The notes under the pieces were generated by a model. That model saw only the letters and a program-made list of their open reading frames with translations, made no database searches and was not told the origin of the DNA. From Bacteroidales bacterium (GTDB taxonomy: Bacteria > Bacteroidota > Bacteroidia > Bacteroidales > UBA3824), in the NCBI GenBank assembly GCA_024413595.1, contig JAKSUC010000001.1:2073-66072 (forward strand): DNA of 64,000 nt, written 5' to 3'. A program made the translations under genes and the position numbers. Numbering within the stretch: the first letter of the stretch is position 1; the number at the start of each line of letters is the position of its first letter. This document shows, piece by piece, positions 57,696 through 64,000 of this stretch.

Positions 57696-57759
57696 ATTTT
57701 GATTTTTATGTGCTTAAAAATCAAAATATTTTGATAAATTCGCACATAAAAATCAAAAT
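57696..57759. repeat. 64-nt nested palindrome (18-nt perfect arms plus a central 16-nt perfect palindrome)
   Basis: ATTTTGATTTTTATGTGC (57696-57713) is the exact reverse complement of GCACATAAAAATCAAAAT (57742-57759). ATCAAAATATTTTGAT (57720-57735) is self-complementary and shares the same centre (57727/57728). Confidence 0.9.
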
Positions 57760-57864
57760 ATCTATAAATAAGAGTTAGATTTTACTTTAATTCAATCTTA
57801 ATTAAAACAATAAAGGTTTTCAATTAAATGGTGTAATAAAAAATAATAAATTCCCAAAAAACAT

Positions 57865-57872
57865 TATATTTG
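57865..57872 (+). promoter_or_regulatory. -7 promoter box (TATATTTG)
   Basis: Matches TAnnTTTG. It overlaps the track's TTG start (57870), supporting the ATG at 57897 as the real start. Confidence 0.4.
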
Positions 57873-57896
57873 CAATTAAAAATAATAATTAATCTT

Positions 57897-58553
57897 ATGA
57901 GAAAAATAATTCCATTATTAATAGTGTTGATGATTTCCAAATTTTCATTAGCTCAAAGTTTAAGTAAAACAGGAACAAAAGTTGAAAATATTGTTCCCAA
58001 TGGATGGGTTTGTAGTAATGTAAAAGGTGATTTAAACAAAGATGGAATTTCTGATTTGGTTATTATTGCCACTCCAAATTTTGAAGACAAAATAACAATT
58101 GAAGATGATTTTACTTTAAAAAATTCAAATCCTCCAATTCTTGCCATTTATTGGGGAAATTCTAATAAAAGATACACTTTATATAAACAATATGAAAATA
58201 TAATTCCATTTTCAGAAGATCAATATTCTTCTGTTAAAGTTGATTTAAGTGTTACAAATAAAGGTGTATTGAGAATTGGCATTTCGTATTTTCAGTCAGC
58301 AGAAAGTTTTGATAATAGTTCAACTGCATATTTGTTTCGTTATCAAAACAATGACTTTTATTTAATAGGAGAGGGGTCTGATAGTTTTGCTCGAAATACA
58401 GGTGATGGTAAAAAAATTACTATAAATTATTCAACTTTAAAAAGACAAATAGTTTTATATAATATGTTTGATGAAAGTATTCCTAAAGAAGAAAAATGGG
58501 AAACATTACCAAATCAAGAATTAAAAAAATTAGGAAGTTTTAAATTAGAATAA
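57897..58553 (+). CDS. hypothetical secreted protein with DxxxDG (FG-GAP/VCBS-like) motif
   Basis: Signal peptide MRKIIPLLIVLMISKFSLAQ and motif KGDLNKDGISDLVII. Confidence 0.5.
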   Translation: MRKIIPLLIVLMISKFSLAQSLSKTGTKVENIVPNGWVCSNVKGDLNKDGISDLVIIATPNFEDKITIEDDFTLKNSNPPILAIYWGNSNKRYTLYKQYENIIPFSEDQYSSVKVDLSVTNKGVLRIGISYFQSAESFDNSSTAYLFRYQNNDFYLIGEGSDSFARNTGDGKKITINYSTLKRQIVLYNMFDESIPKEEKWETLPNQELKKLGSFKLE

Positions 58554-58616
58554 TATTATATTCATTTATAGAATTAAATAAATACAAATCAGTAAATTAG
58601 TTAATATAAAAAATAT

Positions 58617-59570
58617 ATGACAAAAAAAGAACTTCGTATAATTTATATGGGAACGCCAGAATTTGCTGTAGCTCCATTACAATCGCTTGTAGAACAAGGT
58701 TTTAATATTGTAGCAGTGATAACAATGCCCGACAAACCACAAGGCAGAGGACGCAAAATTTCAGGTTCGCCAGTCAAAGAATTTGCAGTTGAACACAATA
58801 TTCCTGTTCTTCAACCCGAAAAACTAAAAAATCCAGAATTTATAGAAGAATTAAAATCATATAAAGCAGATTTACAAATAGTTGTAGCATTTAGAATGTT
58901 GCCAGAAATTGTTTGGAATATGCCAAAATATGGAACTTTTAATCTTCATGCAGCACTTTTGCCACAATATCGTGGTGCTGCTCCAATAAATTGGGCTATA
59001 ATAAATGGTGAAACCAAAACTGGAGTTACTACATTTTTACTTGATAAAGATATAGATACAGGACGAATTTTGATGCGTCAAGAAATTGAAATTCTTGATT
59101 CTGATAATATTGGAACTCTATATGATAAACTTATGGAAATAGGGCAGGGGCTTGTTGTTAAAACTGTTGAAAAAATTATAGCAGGTGATACAAACCCTAT
59201 TCCTCAAGAAGAATTAATTGATAAACAAACAGTTTTGAAACCTGCACCAAAAATTTTTAAAGAAGATTGCAGATTAGAATTTAATAAACCTTGTAATTCT
59301 GTTCGTAATTTGGTTCGTGGATTAAGTCCTTATCCAGCAGCTTTTACTACATTAAATGTAAATGGTAAAACATTAACGGCTAAGATATTTGAAACCTCAA
59401 CCGAAATTTCAAATTCAAAATTAGAGCCAGGAAAAATTTTAACTGATAATAAATCGTACTTAAAAATCGTTTGTAATGATGGATTTTTAATTATCAACGA
59501 ATTACAGTTGGAAGGTAAAAAACGTATGAAAATTCAAGATTTTTTAAGAGGTGTAAAAATTGATTGTTAA
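58617..59570 (+). CDS. fmt: methionyl-tRNA formyltransferase
   Basis: IIYMGTPEFAV, NLHAALLPQYRGAAPINWAIINGE..TGVT, and a C-terminal tRNA-binding domain. Confidence 0.92.
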   Translation: MTKKELRIIYMGTPEFAVAPLQSLVEQGFNIVAVITMPDKPQGRGRKISGSPVKEFAVEHNIPVLQPEKLKNPEFIEELKSYKADLQIVVAFRMLPEIVWNMPKYGTFNLHAALLPQYRGAAPINWAIINGETKTGVTTFLLDKDIDTGRILMRQEIEILDSDNIGTLYDKLMEIGQGLVVKTVEKIIAGDTNPIPQEELIDKQTVLKPAPKIFKEDCRLEFNKPCNSVRNLVRGLSPYPAAFTTLNVNGKTLTAKIFETSTEISNSKLEPGKILTDNKSYLKIVCNDGFLIINELQLEGKKRMKIQDFLRGVKIDC

Positions 59571-59590
59571 TGATTTAAATATAATAACTT

Positions 59591-60214
59591 ATGAAAAAAA
59601 TTTTAATATCAGCCTTAGCATTGGCTATTTTGACTTCTTGTGGGTCACAAAATGCAAATAATCAACAAAATAATGAAAAAAATGATTCTAATTCTATAGT
59701 AGCACAAGAAAAAACAACTCCAGATTTAGAATTTTGTCATGTTCAAGGTCCTGTTAAAAAAGTACATGAAGAAGGAAACATTTATGAGTTTTCTAAAGAT
59801 GGTAAATTAGAAAAAATTAATAATTATGATCCATTTTCTGCGGAATATCCAAAACGTGTATTAGAAGATGATGGAACTTTTGTTGAATATTGTGGATATA
59901 AACGCAACGACAAAGGCGAAATTTGTGAAGAAAATTGGGTTGAAGGTGTTGTTTATTATGTTTGGGAAAATGGTAAAAATGTAGCTGACAGTGGTTTTGT
60001 TGAAGGTTACGAATGGCAAGAAGAGTATGAATTTGATAATGAAGGAAGAATTGCTACCATTTGTAAGGCTAGTAGAACTAGTGAAGATGAAACATATTTT
60101 AGAGAAGAAAATCATTTTGAATATTCAAATTTTGATAGTCATAACAATTGGACTACACGTAAAGATTCAAAAGATCAAGTTGAAATATCAAGAACTATTG
60201 AATATTGGGAATAA
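59591..60214 (+). CDS. hypothetical lipoprotein
   Basis: Lipobox LAILTSCGS. 207 aa. No family recognised. Confidence 0.5.
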   Translation: MKKILISALALAILTSCGSQNANNQQNNEKNDSNSIVAQEKTTPDLEFCHVQGPVKKVHEEGNIYEFSKDGKLEKINNYDPFSAEYPKRVLEDDGTFVEYCGYKRNDKGEICEENWVEGVVYYVWENGKNVADSGFVEGYEWQEEYEFDNEGRIATICKASRTSEDETYFREENHFEYSNFDSHNNWTTRKDSKDQVEISRTIEYWE

Positions 60215-60236
60215 TTTTATAGTAACTTTATAAACA

Positions 60237-60277
60237 ATCGGCAAGATTATGAAATTTAATCTTGCCGATTTTTTTTG
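60237..60277 (+). terminator. rho-independent terminator
   Basis: ATCGGCAAGATT (60237-60248) pairs with AATCTTGCCGAT (60258-60269), followed by TTTTTTTT. Confidence 0.75.
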
Positions 60278-60287
60278 TATTTTGTTA

Positions 60288-61838
60288 TTACACAATCACT
60301 TCATGCAGAATTTTATCACCAAATTCAATAGTTTTAGCACCTGGAATTTTGTTTTTGTTGAAACAAAAACTAAGCATATAACCTTCTGTAAGATGATAAT
60401 AATCAAGATATTCTGATAATTGAATTTCTCCTTTTCGATTATATTCTTCGCCATTCCAAATCTTGATTTCTACAATATATTGTTTTGATTGATAATCGAT
60501 TATAATGTCTGTACGAGTATAATCTCGTGTTTCTGCTTCAATATAATAATTACTTGCGCCATTGATAATTGGACGAAGGTATAGCATAAAAAATTTTCGA
60601 CCTTCTTTTTCTATGAATTTTTCATCACGGTCGCCATAATTATCTCTAAAATGAATAGCAAATTTTTCAAGAATTTTTTGTATGTCAAGAAAACCATTTT
60701 TTGTAAATTGGTTTTTATCTTTAATTCCTTCATTAAAAAGTTGCTCAAATTTGTTTTCAATAAAGAATAAATTGTAAAGTCTTGTTTCGAGAATTCTATT
60801 GAAAACGGCTATATTATTTCCTTCTTTTTTTAATATATTAAATAAAAATCCTAGTTTAATATATTTTTCATCAGGATTATACATTATTTGATATCCTTCA
60901 AACAAAATCATTTTTAATGTTTGTTTTAAATCAGGAAAATCATCCAGTTTTTTAGAGAAATCTTCTAATAAAACGTCGTTAGAGTCTGATAAAATATATT
61001 TTACAGCTTCGTTAATTCCGTTATCGTTCCACCCTAAATTTTTTGTATCAATAAGTTCGCATATTCTTGAAACGAAATAAGGATATCCAGAAGTCCAATC
61101 ATAAATTTTTTGACTTATGTGATTTTCGTCAAATTCTAAATTATGATCAACTTTATAATCTGATAGCATTTTTGCAATTCCATCAGTATGTAAACTCATA
61201 TCAGTTTCAAACGAACTTGCAATGTTCCATGGTGAATTATATTGGTGTTCATCATCTGGACGCATTTTTAGTTTTAAATTTTTGATATTGTAAACCCCTG
61301 CTAGTATAAGCGATTGAAATGTTGGAGTTTGTATTCTTTTTAAGTATAAATCTCTAAAAAATCCTAGAAATTTAATAAAACTTTCGTGATTGCTTGCTTG
61401 GTCAACTTCATCAATTATGACAACGATATTTGGATTTTCTGAGCAAATTTTTTTTACAATACTTTTTAAAATAGCAATATCATTTATTGGTTGAAAGTTT
61501 TCAAATTTTGATTTTAAATTTTCTGATATATTTTCTACATTATCATCTTGAATTTGTTCTTTTACCAAATTCATAAATTTATTACAAACACTTTCTAAAG
61601 ATTCAAATTCTTTATCACCAAGACCTTCAAAACTCAAAGAAAAAACAATATAACCTTCTTTTGCTAAGGTTTTTTGGAGAATATTAAGAGTTGTAGTTTT
61701 ACCAAATTGACGCCCACGGTTTATGCAAAAATATTTGTTATTTTTTACCATTTTTACAGCGTCGTTAACTTGACGACTGATATCAACCATATAATGAATT
61801 TGAGGAAAACAAGTTCCCGTTGTGTTGAATTGTCTCAT
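60288..61838 (-). CDS. AAA-ATPase-like protein fused to a C-terminal PD-(D/E)xK nuclease-fold domain
   Basis: Walker A RGRQFGKTTT and Walker B VVIIDEVD. C-terminal ...RTDIIIDYQSKQYIVEIKIW is a PD-(D/E)xK-type D...E.K. This architecture is common in Bacteroides as 'predicted AAA-ATPase plus PDDEXK'. The ATG at 61838 is preferred over the TTG at 61856. Confidence 0.7.
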   Translation of the reverse strand: MRQFNTTGTCFPQIHYMVDISRQVNDAVKMVKNNKYFCINRGRQFGKTTTLNILQKTLAKEGYIVFSLSFEGLGDKEFESLESVCNKFMNLVKEQIQDDNVENISENLKSKFENFQPINDIAILKSIVKKICSENPNIVVIIDEVDQASNHESFIKFLGFFRDLYLKRIQTPTFQSLILAGVYNIKNLKLKMRPDDEHQYNSPWNIASSFETDMSLHTDGIAKMLSDYKVDHNLEFDENHISQKIYDWTSGYPYFVSRICELIDTKNLGWNDNGINEAVKYILSDSNDVLLEDFSKKLDDFPDLKQTLKMILFEGYQIMYNPDEKYIKLGFLFNILKKEGNNIAVFNRILETRLYNLFFIENKFEQLFNEGIKDKNQFTKNGFLDIQKILEKFAIHFRDNYGDRDEKFIEKEGRKFFMLYLRPIINGASNYYIEAETRDYTRTDIIIDYQSKQYIVEIKIWNGEEYNRKGEIQLSEYLDYYHLTEGYMLSFCFNKNKIPGAKTIEFGDKILHEVIV

Positions 61839-62181
61839 ATCTGAAAATTTTTTCAAAGATAAACATTATTGAAACTTTTTGCAAGTATATTTATGAATTT
61901 TAGGATTTATCAATAATTTTTTCAAGTCTATATAATACGACAACATATGACTAGTTATTGACATCATATTTTTTTGAGATCATGTGTATGAGAGACATTA
62001 CTCTGATTAAAGATAGATACTGATAAAATGAAGTCTCCGAAATTAAAAAAAACTCGAGATGTGAGCGTAATATATCAAAAATTAGCACATTACACTCGCA
62101 TCTCAGGGGTATTTTTGTAAGGACTCTTTAAAAGTTTAGCTTTCTAAAAGAGTCAAGCCTTTGCAACAAAGTCCCCTTTTT

Positions 62182-63540
62182 TCACGGTATTATCTCTTCC
62201 TCGGCATCGTTGTTCAGAAACATTACATTGTATATTGGGTAATATTCTATGCCGTTTTTGATGAACACATTGCGCTCGTTTGAGAATACTATGGCTCGCG
62301 ATACCGAATAGTCGGGAGTATTAAGGAATTTGTTTAGTGCCGAATGCACATAGTAGTCGCGTCCTGACTTTATTTCCAATGGAAGCACTTTCAAATTGTT
62401 GAAATCGTTTATAAGGAAATCCACTTCGCCAACTTTCTTGTTGTCGAAATAATGAAGGTTGAATTCGTGTGCAGACAATTCTTGTGCTACAAAAGACTCA
62501 TACATTGCACCCAGATTTATGCTTGCCATATCTTTAAGTATGGCATTGAAATTTTTGCCGTATAGTATATTGCTCAGAATACCTACGTCATTGAGATACA
62601 GTTTCAAAAGGTTTTTCTTGGCTGACTCAAGCAATGGAAACTTGGGATTTGATACAGCCTTCACCTCAAGGGCAATTCCTGAGCTTATGAGATAATCAAA
62701 CTCGTCCTGATACGAGGCAAATGTCTTTTTGCCCTCATTCTCTATGTTCTTGGCAATTATTCTTTTCTTGGTATGTTCCAAAGCCGACGGAATGTAGTCA
62801 TATACTCTCTCTATCTTGAGTTTGTGCTCGGTGTCATATTGTGACGCATCCAGGCGGTAATATTTGTGGATTTCAGTCTGCACGTTGCGAAGTCTTACGA
62901 TATTCTTGGTTTCCACAAACACGTTAACAGCTTCTGGCAAACCTCCGCTTATAAGGTAATATTTCAGCAACCTCATAATGTGATTATGGGTAGCTTCATT
63001 CACGGTTTCTTTATTAAGAAAACTGATTTTAAGATTCTCGATAGCCTCTTCGTTAACATTGTTAGCCCAAAGAAATTCCTCCATATCAAGCGGATACATC
63101 TGTATTACTTGAATGCTTCCAATTGGGATTGACGGTGTTGTGCTGAGAGATACGCCCAAGAGTGAGCCACTGGCTATATATGTGAACTTATTTTCTTGAC
63201 TAAGAAATTTAAGCATGGTAAGCAGATGAGGATATGCCTGTATCTCATCTATGAACACAAGCGTATCTTCCGCATTGCCGAGCCTCTCGCCTCCAAGCAA
63301 TGCCAATTGCATATAGAAATCATCAGTAGTTTTTACATCTGCGAAATTTCTGTTGCCATTGCAATCAGTAAGCATATTAATCTCCACAAAATTCTTGTAG
63401 AGTTTTGTGCCTATATATCTTATAATAAATGTTTTACCTACTTGTCTGGCTCCATTTACCAAAAGAATTTTTCCTGAATTGGCTTTCAGAAAATTCTCTA
63501 TTGTATGTGAGATTTTTCTCTTCAGCATAACTTTTTCCAT
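62182..63540 (-). CDS. AAA-family ATPase of the DUF4143 type, with a restriction-endonuclease-like C-terminus
   Basis: Walker A NGARQVGKTF, Walker B LVFIDEIQ, and a mid-region GGLPEAV. C-terminal GEVDFLIN...LPLEIKSG is D..E.K-like. G+C is visibly higher than in neighbouring genes. Confidence 0.7.
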   Translation of the reverse strand: MEKVMLKRKISHTIENFLKANSGKILLVNGARQVGKTFIIRYIGTKLYKNFVEINMLTDCNGNRNFADVKTTDDFYMQLALLGGERLGNAEDTLVFIDEIQAYPHLLTMLKFLSQENKFTYIASGSLLGVSLSTTPSIPIGSIQVIQMYPLDMEEFLWANNVNEEAIENLKISFLNKETVNEATHNHIMRLLKYYLISGGLPEAVNVFVETKNIVRLRNVQTEIHKYYRLDASQYDTEHKLKIERVYDYIPSALEHTKKRIIAKNIENEGKKTFASYQDEFDYLISSGIALEVKAVSNPKFPLLESAKKNLLKLYLNDVGILSNILYGKNFNAILKDMASINLGAMYESFVAQELSAHEFNLHYFDNKKVGEVDFLINDFNNLKVLPLEIKSGRDYYVHSALNKFLNTPDYSVSRAIVFSNERNVFIKNGIEYYPIYNVMFLNNDAEEEIIP

Positions 63541-63650
63541 AGATTTGCGCTACAAAATTACAACTTTTTCCATAAATTTCAAGGATAAAATCACAACATT
63601 TTCCATAGAATTCATGGATAAAATTACAACTTTTTCCATAAAATCATTGT
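63529..63650 (-). repeat. 33-nt tandem repeat, four phased copies of TATGGAAAA(A/T)GTT, the last being the start of the ATPase gene
   Basis: The plus-strand core AAC(T/A)TTTTCCATA occurs at 63529-63541, 63562-63574, 63595-63607 and 63628-63640, each exactly 33 nt apart. Confidence 0.9.
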
Positions 63651-63883
63651 TTGCGGTTGTCTTATGGCTGAAAAATTCTGTCGAATAGTGTGATTTTGCC
63701 GGATTTAATTTGTAGCTTTGTCATGTTGTGTTAGTTTTTTCGCTGTTTTTGAACTGCAACACTAAGTAAGTGAAAAATCCGATATGGTAAAATGTTGGGT
63801 AACTTTTGTTAACCAATTGATTATATTGATATATTGCGGATTTAAGGTATTTTTACTTCAAATTAAAATTATTATGCAATTTT

Positions 63884-64000
63884 ATTTATCAGAAGACATT
63901 GAATTAATTTATACAGAGAATATTTGCAACGAATTTAAACTCCATAATCATACAAAACACGTTGTTGTTTCAATGGTGATGAAGGGCTGTGTGAAACTCT
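63884..64000 (+). CDS. hypothetical protein, N-terminal 39 codons only (runs off the window end)
   Basis: The ATG at 63884 (MQFYLSEDIELIYTENICNEFKLHNHTKHVVVSMVMKGCVKL) is open to the window edge. It loosely resembles the cupin-type N-terminus of AraC-family regulators, but is too short to call. Confidence 0.3.

Noticed and set aside
57313-57869. Possible replication origin in the long AT-rich intergenic region
   Set aside because: There is only one near-DnaA-box (TTATCAACA at 57353-57361, one mismatch to TTATCCACA). There is no box cluster and no dnaA or dnaN nearby, so the evidence is insufficient.
62028-62120. 30-codon ORF (MKSPKLKKTRDVSVIYQKLAHYTRISGVFL), plus hairpins at 62056-62106 and 62122-62155, in the spacer between the two ATPase genes
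   Set aside because: The ORF is too short and has no start signals. The hairpins lack a following T-run on the transcribed (minus) strand. I could not distinguish a functional RNA from decayed foreign sequence. It is noted only as part of the higher-GC patch.
63662-63724. 20-codon reverse-strand ORF (MTKLQIKSGKITLFDRIFQP) upstream of the 33-nt repeats
   Set aside because: There is no supporting signal and it is very short. It may be a remnant of whatever the patch was derived from.
1-64000. CRISPR arrays, transposases, phage integrases, reverse transcriptases, toxin-antitoxin pairs
   Set aside because: None found. The only tandem repeats are the 54-nt coding repeat (9763-10013) and the 33-nt leader repeat (63529-63650). 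Neither has the repeat-spacer structure of CRISPR. The only recombinase is a housekeeping-type XerD.

Overview
This is a very AT-rich bacterial chromosomal segment. The 60-nt lines I hand-counted in host genes are about 30% G+C or lower. Gene content and signals point to a Bacteroidota, probably Bacteroidales-like, organism. The evidence is recurrent TAnnTTTG -7 promoter boxes 20-50 nt upstream of start codons, almost no Shine-Dalgarno sequences, a TonB-dependent receptor, two S41 peptidases, a DUF3822-rsmD pair, many lipoproteins and AAA-ATPase/PD-(D/E)xK fusion proteins.

The window is densely coding and mostly housekeeping: gyrB, ftsE, parA, map, slyD, dnaX-recF, xerD, crcB, thrS-infC-rpmI-rplT, dapB, two signal peptidases I, rsmD, pyk and fmt. 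There are two tRNA-Arg genes (anticodons CCT and TCT). Hairpin-plus-T-run terminators close most convergent gene pairs. I found no CRISPR array, no transposase or phage integrase, no rRNA, and no riboswitch I could support.

I did not find an unambiguous new multi-gene system. The stretches most worth a second look are:
1. The right end (about 60.3-63.8 kb). Two tandem ATPase/nuclease-fold genes lie here. The distal one sits in a higher-GC patch (35-42% in sampled lines) and is preceded by four copies of an exactly 33-nt-spaced, in-frame repeat. The repeat duplicates the gene's own first codons and forms a 29-codon repetitive upstream ORF.
2. A chromosomal-type ParA followed by a 99-aa protein instead of a full ParB. 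That protein keeps only a ParB-like N-terminal peptide plus a predicted helical segment.
3. A 64-nt nested palindrome built from four ATCAAAAT/ATTTTGAT half-sites, in the longest intergenic region (557 nt).
4. infC, which must start at a non-canonical ATA codon behind a GGGAGGA Shine-Dalgarno-like sequence that is otherwise atypical here.
5. Long Asp/Glu-rich low-complexity modules in three unrelated proteins: a membrane protein with 54-nt tandem repeats, a free-standing 170-aa hyper-acidic protein, and a 140-aa tail on XerD.

All functional calls come from motif recognition by eye. No searches were run.
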